Shown here in pieces: positions 38,093-47,824 of a DNA stretch of 64,000 nucleotides. Made by a program: the position numbers and the translations under genes. The notes beneath the pieces were generated by a model. It was given only the letters and a program-made list of their open reading frames with translations, did not search any database and was not told the origin of the DNA. How positions within the stretch are numbered: the first letter of the stretch is position 1; the number at the start of each line of letters is the position of its first letter. This stretch comes from Parcubacteria group bacterium (GTDB lineage: Bacteria > Patescibacteriota > Minisyncoccia > 2-02-FULL-40-12 > IGHO2-01-FULL-4-A): assembly GCA_043821485.1 (NCBI GenBank), contig JBDRCU010000057.1, forward strand, positions 598 to 64,597, read 5' to 3'.

Positions 38093-38377
38093 ATGGGAGA
38101 ACAGGGTGAGCCCGGTGGGGGCGAACGTTTAGTCGTTCGCCTTGGGTTGCTGGCTGGTAAGGGTATGGAAGTTGATAGAGATGATGAGGTGCCGCATGAG
38201 GATATCAAGTGTTTCTGCGGATCAAACCTCCAAGTCACCGAAGATGGAACCAAGTGCCCAACCTGTAAAAAGGAGTCAATTGCAATCGAGTGTCCGGAGT
38301 GCACCGTCGAACTCAAGGTCATACAAGGAAAGGCGCAGTGCTCTGCCGGACATTTTCGCATCGACCTCCGGAAGTGA
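38093..38377 (+). CDS. small zinc-ribbon protein (4 Cys pairs), GC-rich
   Basis: AGGAG 8 nt upstream of ATG. CFCGSN...CPTC...CPEC...C..H pattern. Competing overlapping ORFs on both strands; this one has the best RBS. Confidence 0.4.
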   Translation: MGEQGEPGGGERLVVRLGLLAGKGMEVDRDDEVPHEDIKCFCGSNLQVTEDGTKCPTCKKESIAIECPECTVELKVIQGKAQCSAGHFRIDLRK

Positions 38378-38487
38378 TTTTTCAGAAGTACTAACCATTG
38401 GGTGGCCCAGAAGAGACGTATTTAGTATACTGTGGCCGCCCACAACCAAAAGAGTATCACGATGTGGTGCTTTTTTGATTCTGGTGG

Positions 38488-38868
38488 CTAGCTGTATGAC
38501 TCTGCTACATTCTTGAAATGAAGTATTCGTGCTTTGTGTGTGAGGCGGTTGAGTGTGACAGAGATGATATCTATTTGCCATTTAGCGTTTGGATTGCCTT
38601 GTTCATGTTCAAGATATAGCTTAGCTGTTTTGGTGATCTTTGCAATTTTGTTTGGATTGACTCGTTTTTCTGGTGAGAATTCTATGCCGTAATCTTTGTC
38701 ATTCGCTTTGACCTCAACAAAGATAAAGACGTTGTTCTTCTTGGCTATAATATCTATCTCTCCCCAGGCTTTACGGTAGTTACGCATCACTATTTTATAC
38801 TCCATATTTTTGAGATAGTGTGTGGCAATATTTTCGCCTAAAAAGCCCAATTTTTGATGTTTTTGCAT
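38488..38868 (-). CDS. yraN: YraN family (UPF0102) endonuclease
   Basis: GEIDIIA...FVEVK motif of PD-(D/E)xK YraN proteins. Confidence 0.75.
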   Translation of the reverse strand: MQKHQKLGFLGENIATHYLKNMEYKIVMRNYRKAWGEIDIIAKKNNVFIFVEVKANDKDYGIEFSPEKRVNPNKIAKITKTAKLYLEHEQGNPNAKWQIDIISVTLNRLTHKARILHFKNVAESYS

Positions 38869-39049
38869 ATTTTATCAACTATCTCCTTGACGATTTGAGT
38901 TAAAAGGAGTAAGCTTCCTCCACGTTCTCGAAGGAGGACGTTTTGCTTTAACTAGCCATAAATTTATTATTACGCAGTTCAAAAACTTCTTTAAGAAACT
39001 ATCAATTCCAACATTTATTAAGAGCGACCGTGTCGGGCTGGTTTTTGTT

Positions 39050-40033
39050 TTGGTGCTTGCTTTCGTAGTCGTGGCAGGTAAGGGAAATGCGCTTGAAGGA
39101 GGATATTCATCCTATGCTTCAAACTCAGTAGATAGTGTAGAGCTTACAGCTTCCATGGCTTCACTTAAGGGTAATATCGGTACTGTCTTTGATGTAGGAG
39201 ATCTGTCGAGTAATGGAGAAATGCCATCAGCAACTATCTATGATAGCACTCTTATTGCAGGCAATTTTACGATAAGTGATCCAACTAGGGTGGCAGAAGA
39301 GACAAGGGGAGACAAGATTATTACATATGCTGTTGAGGAAGGAGATACATTATCTGGTATAGGTTCAAAATTCGATATTGAGATTCAGACTGTTTTGTGG
39401 GCCAATAATATAAGTAATGCTAATTTCATTAAACCAGGTATGCGGCTTAAGATTTTGCCAGTTGATGGCGTACTTCATAAGGTTTCTAATGGTGATACTG
39501 TTTCTGGTATTGCTGGTGAATATGATGTTGATACAGAGGATATAGTCGCATTTAATAGGCTTTCGGATGCAGGCGACCTTAAGATAGGACAGGAGATTAT
39601 GGTGCCCGAAGGTAAGATTACGCCCAAATATGCCGCAAGTTCGAGGGTTACATATAAGGCAAGTACGACTCTTGTGAGTGCAGATGGATATTTCATTCAT
39701 CCGGTTCCCGCATCTGTAAGAACACAGGGATTGCATGGTTATCGTTATAATGCCGTTGATTTCGGAGCTGCTTGTGGAACTCCAATCCGTGCTGTTGCTT
39801 CAGGAATTGTCAGTGATGCGCGATATTCAGGATGGAATAGTGGATATGGTCTTATGGTTCAAATAGACCATCCAAATGGAATGCAAACTCTCTATGCACA
39901 TGCCAGTAAGGTTTTCGTGTCTGCTGGCCAGTGGGTTAATCAAGGTGATACGATAATGTTGATGGGAACAACGGGTCAATCTACCGGATGCCATCTGCAC
40001 TTTGATATTATTGGAGCAAAGAATCCTTTTTAG
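39050..40033 (+). CDS. LysM domain plus M23 family metallopeptidase
   Basis: Two LysM-like repeats (YAVEEGDTLSGI, HKVSNGDTVSGI). M23 motifs HxxxD (HGYRYNAVDFGA) and HxH (CHLHFDI). Confidence 0.85.
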   Translation: MVLAFVVVAGKGNALEGGYSSYASNSVDSVELTASMASLKGNIGTVFDVGDLSSNGEMPSATIYDSTLIAGNFTISDPTRVAEETRGDKIITYAVEEGDTLSGIGSKFDIEIQTVLWANNISNANFIKPGMRLKILPVDGVLHKVSNGDTVSGIAGEYDVDTEDIVAFNRLSDAGDLKIGQEIMVPEGKITPKYAASSRVTYKASTTLVSADGYFIHPVPASVRTQGLHGYRYNAVDFGAACGTPIRAVASGIVSDARYSGWNSGYGLMVQIDHPNGMQTLYAHASKVFVSAGQWVNQGDTIMLMGTTGQSTGCHLHFDIIGAKNPF

Positions 40034-40129
40034 ATAATTGTATTAACAATTGAATAGTTCGATAGGCGTTTTTTATTGGAATTGTTCCGCACGGAACAAT
40101 GTTTCATGCGGAACAATTAGATGCTAAAC

Positions 40130-41695
40130 CTATGTGCTGACGGTGGTGCGGTAACTTATTGCTTCTGCAACATGATGTTTTTGGATTATGTCTTCTTCAT
40201 CTATATCTGCTATTGTTCGTGATAACTTTAAAATTTTATGGTATCCGCGTCCTGAGACGAATCTTTCAGTGATAGATTTTTTTATAAAATTGTGAGCATC
40301 AGGCGTTAGTATACAGATATCTTCAATAAGAGAAGGTCCGATTTGATTATTTGTTTTAATTCCATGCTTTTTTAATCGTTTCATTTGTATGTTTCTGACA
40401 CGAGACACCTCTTTCGTGATTTCCCTACTGGTTAATCCATAGGATTTGCCAGATAGTTTTTCAAATGTTTCACACGGAACATTTACCTGTAAATCAATTC
40501 TATCGAGCAGGGGACCGGATAGTTTCTTTTGATAACGGTAGACATCACTTGCAGAACAAGTGCATGCTTCTGATTCACTGCCATATTTACCGCATGGACA
40601 TGGATTCATTGCTACTATTAGCATGAAGCGAGCAGGGAAGGTAATAGTGCCTGAAACTCGTGCAATACTTATGGAGCCTGTTTCAAGAGGTTCTCTTAGT
40701 GCTTCTATGGCATCTCTGCGGAATTCTGGGAATTCATCCAGAAATAGTACTCCGTGATGGGCAAGTGATATCTCTCCCGGCAATGGCCATGATCCACCTC
40801 CTGTAAGGGCTATTGATGATGAGGTGTGATGCGGAGAACGAAAGGGCTTATCTTTGAGTAGGGATATGTTGCGAGTAAGCCCGCGTACACTGTATATTTT
40901 GGTTACCTCTATAGATTCTTCATAATCCATTTTAGGTAATATCCCAGGCAAACAGCGCGCAAGCATTGTTTTGCCTGATCCTGGAGGGCCATGAAGTAAT
41001 ATATTATGCTCACCACAGGCAGTTACGAATAAAGCTCGTTTGGCATTCTCAAGACCTTTAATACCGGACAAATCATGGACATTTATTTTGTCCGGTATTT
41101 TTGTCCAGTGTTGTCCGGTATTTGTCCGGTATTTTTGTCCACGAAAAGGGGATATGACCATACTGCCATTTATATGTTCTGTGGCCTCGGATAGGCTCTT
41201 AACTCCAATAACATCAATGCCTTTTACTACTCCTGCTTCTGGAGCGTTATCATAAGGCACTATTATCTCATCAAAGCCATTAGATACAGCAAGAGAGGCA
41301 TATAGTAGTGCGCCATTAATTCTTCTGACCGAGCCATCAAGTGAGAGTTCGCCAAAGAATATTTGGCGTTTTTTGTGCTTTTGATCCTTTGTATTTTCTC
41401 TGATTTGCTTGGTTGCATAAAGGTAGCCAAGCGCTATGGGCAGATCATAAGAAGATCCCTGCTTGCGGATATCCGCTGGTGCGAGATTTACAATAACTCT
41501 AATATTCTTTTGTTTGGGTCCGATATAGCCAGAGTTTTTGACTGCTGAAGCAATGCGATTTTTGGATTCTTCTACTGTTTTATCAGGAAGGCCTATAATA
41601 CTAAAAAATTGCAGACCAGGAGAGGTGTCTACTTCAACTTCAACTACCAGGGCATTGAGTCCCTGTATGGCACCGGAGGAGACGCTAATTGGCAT
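40130..41695 (-). CDS. comM: Mg-chelatase-like AAA+ ATPase ComM/YifB, with internal tandem-repeat insertion
   Basis: Lon-like N domain, Walker A GPPGSGKT, Walker B VLFLDE. The tandem DNA repeat TTGTCCGGTATTT x3 (41095..41150) encodes an in-frame TNTGQHWTKIPDK segment. Confidence 0.9.
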   Translation of the reverse strand: MPISVSSGAIQGLNALVVEVEVDTSPGLQFFSIIGLPDKTVEESKNRIASAVKNSGYIGPKQKNIRVIVNLAPADIRKQGSSYDLPIALGYLYATKQIRENTKDQKHKKRQIFFGELSLDGSVRRINGALLYASLAVSNGFDEIIVPYDNAPEAGVVKGIDVIGVKSLSEATEHINGSMVISPFRGQKYRTNTGQHWTKIPDKINVHDLSGIKGLENAKRALFVTACGEHNILLHGPPGSGKTMLARCLPGILPKMDYEESIEVTKIYSVRGLTRNISLLKDKPFRSPHHTSSSIALTGGGSWPLPGEISLAHHGVLFLDEFPEFRRDAIEALREPLETGSISIARVSGTITFPARFMLIVAMNPCPCGKYGSESEACTCSASDVYRYQKKLSGPLLDRIDLQVNVPCETFEKLSGKSYGLTSREITKEVSRVRNIQMKRLKKHGIKTNNQIGPSLIEDICILTPDAHNFIKKSITERFVSGRGYHKILKLSRTIADIDEEDIIQKHHVAEAISYRTTVST

Positions 41696-42072
41696 TAGGT
41701 GAGTTGGGGTCTATTTTTGACGCAGTTTATACACTTTGTGCTGGCAGGAATTGCTTTCAATCGCTTCATATTGATCTCGGCTTTACATGTTTGGCATTTA
41801 CCATAATCTTTAGTTTCGATGTTTTTAAGAGCATTCTTTACCTCCTTGAGCCGTGTTTCAAGTTCCTGCTCTATTGCGCGCTGTCGCTCCCATGTAGTTA
41901 CGTTTTGGGCTTGTTCGTCCAGAGTATTGGAAGAGTCCATCTTTTTAAAATTTGCCTGCCAATCATCCTCCACATTAGGATTCTTACGGGCAATTTGTTT
42001 TAACTGTTTTTCGATTGCTTTACTTTCTTCCTCTAGAGCTTTTTTAAGTTGTTTTACGTGTTTCGCGTCCAT
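41695..42072 (-). CDS. DksA/TraR family C4-type zinc finger protein
   Basis: C-terminal CQTCKAEI...CINC zinc finger after a coiled coil. Confidence 0.7.
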   Translation of the reverse strand: MDAKHVKQLKKALEEESKAIEKQLKQIARKNPNVEDDWQANFKKMDSSNTLDEQAQNVTTWERQRAIEQELETRLKEVKNALKNIETKDYGKCQTCKAEINMKRLKAIPASTKCINCVKNRPQLT

Positions 42073-42164
42073 ATTGCAAGTTTATATTTGCGAGGTAAAG
42101 ATACCAGAAACTGGATTTTTTTGCAATGTTTCACGGACTATTAGATTGATTAAATAACTAAGTT

Positions 42165-43361
42165 TTATTTGCCAAGGACTTCGCCTCCAAGATTGTCTAG
42201 TATTGAGAACATATGATCTCTAGAATTTGTGACGATTAAGTAGGAGCCGTTACTTGACAAGGTTACAGTTGCATGGTCTATGGATTTCAACGGTGTCGAG
42301 TAGTTATTGTATCGTACGTCTGTGCCCCTGTGGTTCATATTTATAAATTCTTGAGATATTGCCTGACTTGGATCAAGTAGAAACAAATCTCTTATGTCGT
42401 CTGCAAGAGTAGTCTCCCACTGACGTATTCCATTGTTCGCAAGACTCATATTGGTCAATCCTACTATAAAACCGCGACTTATTGTTCCATCTGAATTGCC
42501 GAATAAAGTATAGTAGAATTCTGTATCATTTACTGCTGTTGATATTTCTGATGGAGGATTTAGTAACATTTTGTCTGCGAAATGACTGAACGTATAACGA
42601 TTTTGGGACTGATCATCGGAATCAACTAAATAGTATACTGCCAAATCTCCGGGTAAGGGAGGATTTTCGTCTGTTGCCTGTGTAATACCTGATATTGCAT
42701 CTGTTTCTGCGGGAATTATCAGGATATTGATAGGGGATAGCAGGTCATTTAGTGAAATAGGCGTTGGTGTCGGAGTCGCTGTAGGTATAGGCGTTGGCGT
42801 TGACTTCGGTTCTGAATCACGAATTACAAAAAACCAAACTAATACAGCTATGATAGCGATTAATAAAACTGCAGTAATAATTATTGTAGCCTTGGATCCG
42901 CTGTTTGGTTTGGGCGGTTTTATTCCGCCGATTGGAGCGCCTATCAGCGGCGGAGTAATGCCAGGCTTAGGTCTTGGCAGAGGCGGTGTAATCCCTGATG
43001 CGGGCATTGGCGGTACTCCAACTGGTTTGGATGGCGGGCCCATAGAAGATTTATCGCCTCCAAAAAGCGGTGGCGGGCTACCAACTGGCTTAGGCATTGG
43101 TCTATGAGATATGTTGGGAGCTGGTATTCTCGGTGCAGGGGCTATCGGAGGAGCCATTGGAGGTTTAGGTGGAGCTGGTGGAGCAGAAGGTGCTGGTGTT
43201 GGAATATTTGATGGAGCCCCCGCTCTGCCTGCAATATCATCACTCATTGTCCTTATTGACGATTGTAATGTAAGAGGCTTGCCCTGTTGTGGGGGCGGCT
43301 GTGGAGGGGCTAGAGGCTTAGCTCCTTGTCCTCCTATTTGTGGTTGTGGTGTATCTGCCAT
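42165..43361 (-). CDS. hypothetical Pro-rich membrane protein
   Basis: Pro/Gly-rich N-terminal half (PPxP repeats), one TM, then a C-terminal globular part. Confidence 0.5.
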   Translation of the reverse strand: MADTPQPQIGGQGAKPLAPPQPPPQQGKPLTLQSSIRTMSDDIAGRAGAPSNIPTPAPSAPPAPPKPPMAPPIAPAPRIPAPNISHRPMPKPVGSPPPLFGGDKSSMGPPSKPVGVPPMPASGITPPLPRPKPGITPPLIGAPIGGIKPPKPNSGSKATIIITAVLLIAIIAVLVWFFVIRDSEPKSTPTPIPTATPTPTPISLNDLLSPINILIIPAETDAISGITQATDENPPLPGDLAVYYLVDSDDQSQNRYTFSHFADKMLLNPPSEISTAVNDTEFYYTLFGNSDGTISRGFIVGLTNMSLANNGIRQWETTLADDIRDLFLLDPSQAISQEFINMNHRGTDVRYNNYSTPLKSIDHATVTLSSNGSYLIVTNSRDHMFSILDNLGGEVLGK

Positions 43362-43404
43362 ATATTTTGAGACATCATAATGTCTCGTTAATACACCGGA
43401 GACA

Positions 43405-45513
43405 TTAGGATGCCTTAGTAAGCATAGTTAAGTTTATTCTACCATACTCGTCTACGTTTTTCACACTAACATGTACACTTTGACCGACTTTTAGAACGTC
43501 AGAAGGCTTGTTTATCCTTTTTTCTCGGGAGATCTCGCTTACGTGAACTAAACCTTCTTTATCAGGCATGTATTCAACAAAAGCACCAAAGTCTAGAAGT
43601 CTTGTTACTTTGCCCTCGAATTCATCTCCAGCTTTTGGTTCATATGTAATAGCATTGATCATTTTAAGAGCTGCATCAAAATCTCCTGTACCTCCTTCAG
43701 AAGTTACGAATACCATTCCATCATCCTCTATGTCGATGTTAACTCCGGTTTTATCTATAATGCCATTTATGGTCTTGCCATGGGGGCCTATTAAGAGACC
43801 AATCTTTTCCGGATTGATATTTAATGTAATTATTTTTGGTGCTCGTGCAGATAGTTCTTTACGCGGTTCGCCGATTACCTTGGTGATTACTTCCAGTATC
43901 TCCATGCGAGCTTTACTTGCTTGTTTGAGGGTCTTAAGCAATATTTCATGATCAATTCCCTCGACTTTTACATCCATTTGAAGCGCTGTAATTCCATCTT
44001 TGGTGCCGGCTACCTTTAGATCCATATCTCCATAGTGATCTTCGGGACCTTGTATATCTGTTAATACCTTATGATTATTACCGTCCTTATCAAGCATTAA
44101 TCCCATAGCAATGCCCGCTGCAGGGGATTTAATTGGTACGCCGCCATCCATAAGCGCAAGAGTGGAACCGCAAACAGAAGCCATAGACGAAGATCCGTTT
44201 GAAGATAGGATTTCAGAAACAACCTGTATCGTATAGGGGAAGTCTTCTTTTGAGGGAATTAATGGCAGTAGAGCTTTTTCTGCTAATGCTCCATGTCCGA
44301 TTTCACGGCGTCCTGGGAATCCTACGCGTCCTGTTTCTCCTACGCAGAAAGGAGGAAATACATAGTGGTGCATGAATCGTTTCTTAGTCAGATCCATCTC
44401 CATTGTCTCTACCCATTGTTCCATGCCAGGCGATGCTAGTGTCAGGATTGAAAGAGCCTGTGTTGCGCCTCTATTGAATATTGCTGAACCATGTGAACGA
44501 GGCAATGCTCCAATCTCTGCATTTAGCTCTCTTATCTCATCTATCTTTCTGCCGTCCAATCTTTTCTCGCTTTTTACTATATTTTCATGCACTATGCGAT
44601 CTACTTCTTGTTCTAATATTGTTTCTGTTTCTTTGAGTTTAGTCTTAAAATCTGGATCCTCTGCAAAGGTATTTTTTACAAATTCTTCCATTTCTTCCTT
44701 TGTAGTATTCATACCTTTTTTGCGGTCTTGTTTTGTGCCTCCGTACATGCGTTCTTCAAGTTTTGGAGCAATAAACTCGCGTACCTTAGCAGCAAATTCA
44801 GCATCAGGTTCACTGATCTTAGCCTCTTGTTTCTCTAATTTATTCTCTCCATATATCTCATTCTGGAATTGAATGATTGTCTGCAGAGTTTCAAATCCTT
44901 TTGATATGGCATCTGCAGTGTCTTCCTCGGATACGATATTGAGTCCTGCTTCAAGCATGTTCATCTTATTAGCTGTACCAGCAACAAGAATATCAAAGTC
45001 GCTTTGTTTGCGTTGTTCGTAGTTAGGATTGAATACTAATTTTCCGTCTATTCTTCCTACGCGCACGCCTCCAATAGGCCCATCAAATGGGATATCGGAA
45101 ATCATGAGTGCCAGGGATGAGCCGAAGATAGCTGGTATGTCAGGGTCATTCTCTCCGTCGAATGAGAACACAGTAGCAATGACTTGAATTTCATTACGGA
45201 CTCGACTGTCGAATCTAGGCCTTAATGCGCGGTCTATAACACGGCCTGACAGTATTGCTTCGTCAGATGGACGCGTTTCACGTTTGATCCACTTGGATCC
45301 TTTTATCTTTCCGGCTGCATAATAGCGTTCTTCATACGCTACAGTGAGAGGGAAGTAGTCAGTATCTCTTGGTCCTGACATTGTGGCAGTTACCAATACG
45401 GTGGTTTCCCCATACTGTACGAGACAGGAGCCATTTGCCTGTTGGGCTAATTTGCCCAAAGTAACAGTTAGCGGTTTACCCGCATACTCTTTGGTATATA
45501 CTTTTGTTTCCAT
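43405..45513 (-). CDS. pnp: polynucleotide phosphorylase
   Basis: Two RNase PH domains followed by KH and S1 (GKVTRLLDFGAFVEY). Confidence 0.95.
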   Translation of the reverse strand: METKVYTKEYAGKPLTVTLGKLAQQANGSCLVQYGETTVLVTATMSGPRDTDYFPLTVAYEERYYAAGKIKGSKWIKRETRPSDEAILSGRVIDRALRPRFDSRVRNEIQVIATVFSFDGENDPDIPAIFGSSLALMISDIPFDGPIGGVRVGRIDGKLVFNPNYEQRKQSDFDILVAGTANKMNMLEAGLNIVSEEDTADAISKGFETLQTIIQFQNEIYGENKLEKQEAKISEPDAEFAAKVREFIAPKLEERMYGGTKQDRKKGMNTTKEEMEEFVKNTFAEDPDFKTKLKETETILEQEVDRIVHENIVKSEKRLDGRKIDEIRELNAEIGALPRSHGSAIFNRGATQALSILTLASPGMEQWVETMEMDLTKKRFMHHYVFPPFCVGETGRVGFPGRREIGHGALAEKALLPLIPSKEDFPYTIQVVSEILSSNGSSSMASVCGSTLALMDGGVPIKSPAAGIAMGLMLDKDGNNHKVLTDIQGPEDHYGDMDLKVAGTKDGITALQMDVKVEGIDHEILLKTLKQASKARMEILEVITKVIGEPRKELSARAPKIITLNINPEKIGLLIGPHGKTINGIIDKTGVNIDIEDDGMVFVTSEGGTGDFDAALKMINAITYEPKAGDEFEGKVTRLLDFGAFVEYMPDKEGLVHVSEISREKRINKPSDVLKVGQSVHVSVKNVDEYGRINLTMLTKAS

Positions 45514-45554
45514 ATTGTTTCACAAACTTGCACGAAGTTGAGCGATGTGGATCT

Positions 45555-45585
45555 GGCCGGCCCTTTGCAGAACAAAAGGCCGGCC
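45555..45585 (-). promoter_or_regulatory. strong GC hairpin (GGCCGGCCCTTTG-cagaa-CAAAAGGCCGGCC) in the pnp 5' leader
   Basis: 13-bp stem seen directly, 40-130 nt upstream of the pnp start codon on the coding strand. Confidence 0.4.
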
Positions 45586-45711
45586 AAAGCCCCATATCAA
45601 AGCATAACGCACCACTTCACACAGAAATGTGATTTATATTACTAACGGGATTATATCACGATTTTTGAGAAAAACCAGGCTCTGCCCAAACCTCCATTTA
45701 TTTTATTTTCA

Positions 45712-46968
45712 CTAAGGAATGTATATCGGAGCAGTAACTACTTTCCATTCGCCATCTATCTCTTTAACTCCAAAGGTGAATTCACTTGTAGGTATATAAT
45801 CTTCCTCTACCTGCATGCCACAGCATGGACCAATCTCTAATATACTGCCATCGTCTTTCCTAAACTGTACACTCAATACATATAGGTCTGGATCTTCTTT
45901 TCGAATGGTCAATACTTCTACTGACAAAAAACAGTTAAGGTCGTGACAATAACTCTCTAGAACTTTTGCCTTATTGTCTCTATGCTCTAATGGTGCGAAT
46001 GCCTTCATACCCTCCCATACTGGGCCCCTCAAGATTGTACTACCCTGTTCAAACTGAGGTTCAAATATTGCTACAGCTTTTTCGAACTGCTTATTGTTCA
46101 GAAAATCGAAGAAATCAGTTAATACGGTCTTTGCAGAATCTATTTCTGATATTGTAAGAGGGACTGACGCAAAAGATGGAGAAGTGAATTTAATTGAATT
46201 GATAGTTTGGGAAATAATACCAGCCTCTCTTACTGCCCATTGAGGAATCTTTTCTGTCGGCATTGATCCGTCGAAATATTTAATATCGGATTCACCTGAC
46301 CCTTCTCCTTCCGGACTCTCATAGCTCTCAGTTATTTGCATCCAGGTGCCCTCGTGCATTTTTATATAAGTTTTTATGTCTATAGTACCCTTGTAATATT
46401 CCTGATAAGGGGGAAGTTGAATTCCTTTTTTCTCGCCGATTTCTATTATAGTGCATTCTACTTCGTTTTTGCCTGCGTCGAGTGGGTATCCGTTAACTTT
46501 TAGAGAGCATTTTCCTTCGACTGGCATTTGTAATGCCTTATTCATATTTTCCGGGGACGAATAGACATTTGGGAGAGAGCCTTCTTCGGCGTCGCAATTT
46601 GATAGATTATAATTGCGATCCTCTTCTGTCCATATTCTTATCTCTAACAATGAATGTATTGGTGAGGGTACGTTCCATCTGTGGGAGTAATTACCGCAAT
46701 TAATTGGTGGTCCATAATAGTATACATCTTTGTTGTTATTTTGGACCGGATACTTTATCTCAAATCCAAATTCTTCATTTCTATAGGTCTGCCAGTCAGA
46801 GGTGTCTAGGGATTTCATAAATGGCCATATGCCGACAATCCATGAGAGGATAAGATAAATTATCACAAGAACCAATAGGCTCATCAGACACGCCTTTACG
46901 TTGTTTTTGTGAGGAGCAGTGTCACTTATTGTTTGTTCCATCGGTTGTTCGTTTTGTAGTGTTTCCAT
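45712..46968 (-). CDS. hypothetical membrane-anchored protein (418 aa)
   Basis: N-terminal TM; no motifs. Confidence 0.5.
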   Translation of the reverse strand: METLQNEQPMEQTISDTAPHKNNVKACLMSLLVLVIIYLILSWIVGIWPFMKSLDTSDWQTYRNEEFGFEIKYPVQNNNKDVYYYGPPINCGNYSHRWNVPSPIHSLLEIRIWTEEDRNYNLSNCDAEEGSLPNVYSSPENMNKALQMPVEGKCSLKVNGYPLDAGKNEVECTIIEIGEKKGIQLPPYQEYYKGTIDIKTYIKMHEGTWMQITESYESPEGEGSGESDIKYFDGSMPTEKIPQWAVREAGIISQTINSIKFTSPSFASVPLTISEIDSAKTVLTDFFDFLNNKQFEKAVAIFEPQFEQGSTILRGPVWEGMKAFAPLEHRDNKAKVLESYCHDLNCFLSVEVLTIRKEDPDLYVLSVQFRKDDGSILEIGPCCGMQVEEDYIPTSEFTFGVKEIDGEWKVVTAPIYIP

Positions 46969-46974
46969 AATATT

Positions 46975-47499
46975 TTATTTTATTAAATACTTTTTAGGAT
47001 TTTGGTCTAAGTCTCGGAACAGATCAACTACCTCTTTGAGCTTGCTTGATGTGCTTCTGCCGAAGGATGAAGCTTCCACGCGAAGACCTTTATTGATACG
47101 GAGGTACTCTACTAGCGGTATAAAGTCGCCATCTCCTGTTACTAGAATTGCTGCGTCTATTTTATCCGCAAGAATTACTGTATCCATTGCCATCCCAACA
47201 TCCCAGTCGGCTTTTTTCATGCCTCCTGAAAAGACTTGCAGGTCTTTGACCTTAATTTCAAATCCGCTTTTTTCGAGGGCTTCTATGAATGCACGCTCCT
47301 CACCGCTTTCTGTTTTAATTACATAAACAAAGGCTCGGATTAGCTTGCGTTTGCCAACTAAATCATCGAGCAAGCGTTTGAAATTAAATTTGGCTTGATA
47401 GAGGTTCTTGGCTGAATGGTAGATATTTTGGGCATCAATAAAAACACCTACACGCTGGTGTTGAGTTTCTGCTGAAGAAGATTGATTTATTCGGGGCAT
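46975..47499 (-). CDS. NYN domain (LabA-like) protein
   Basis: VFIDAQNIYHS and ILVTGDGDFIPLV motifs. Confidence 0.75.
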   Translation of the reverse strand: MPRINQSSSAETQHQRVGVFIDAQNIYHSAKNLYQAKFNFKRLLDDLVGKRKLIRAFVYVIKTESGEERAFIEALEKSGFEIKVKDLQVFSGGMKKADWDVGMAMDTVILADKIDAAILVTGDGDFIPLVEYLRINKGLRVEASSFGRSTSSKLKEVVDLFRDLDQNPKKYLIK

Positions 47500-47512
47500 T
47501 ATGGAAATTTTT

Positions 47513-47779
47513 TTACTTTTTCAAACCTAGCTGTTTCACTATTTTAACATGTCTTTCAGGAAAGTCTCGTTTTAAAAGCTCAAGCAGTCTGCGACGCTTC
47601 GCAACCATCTTCAAAAGTCCGCGTCTGGAACTATTATCTTTCTTATGTTTCTTAAGATGTTTGGACAATTGCTCAATTTCTTCGCTAAAAAGTGCAATCT
47701 GAACTTCAGGAGAACCAGTATCTCCTTCTTTGGGTGCGTATTTGGTTATGATTTTGCTTTTCTTCTGAGTCGTTAGCAT
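47513..47779 (-). CDS. rpsO: 30S ribosomal protein S15
   Basis: S15 signature (GDTGSPEVQIALFSEEIEQLSKHLKKHKKDNSSRRGLLKMVAKRRRLL). Confidence 0.9.
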   Translation of the reverse strand: MLTTQKKSKIITKYAPKEGDTGSPEVQIALFSEEIEQLSKHLKKHKKDNSSRRGLLKMVAKRRRLLELLKRDFPERHVKIVKQLGLKK

Positions 47780-47824
47780 AGGACAAAAATATCACAAAAA
47801 CCCATAAAATGCAAGTCCATCTTA

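Noticed and set aside
38030-38480. Possible RNase P RNA or SRP RNA in the GC-rich gap between tsaE and yraN
   Set aside because: Conserved RNase P (GGAAAGUCCGG, ACAGAACCCGGCUUA) and SRP (GGAAGGAAGCAGC-like) motifs were not found on either strand.
41090-41150. Tandem DNA repeat TTGTCCGGTATTT x3 that looked like a short non-coding repeat array
   Set aside because: It is in frame inside comM, encoding a TNTGQHWTKIPDK-like insertion. It is not CRISPR-like (no spacers, too short, coding).
42727-43380. Gly/Ala/Ile-rich plus-strand ORFs antisense to the Pro-rich membrane protein
   Set aside because: They are low-complexity mirror translations of the Pro-rich coding strand.
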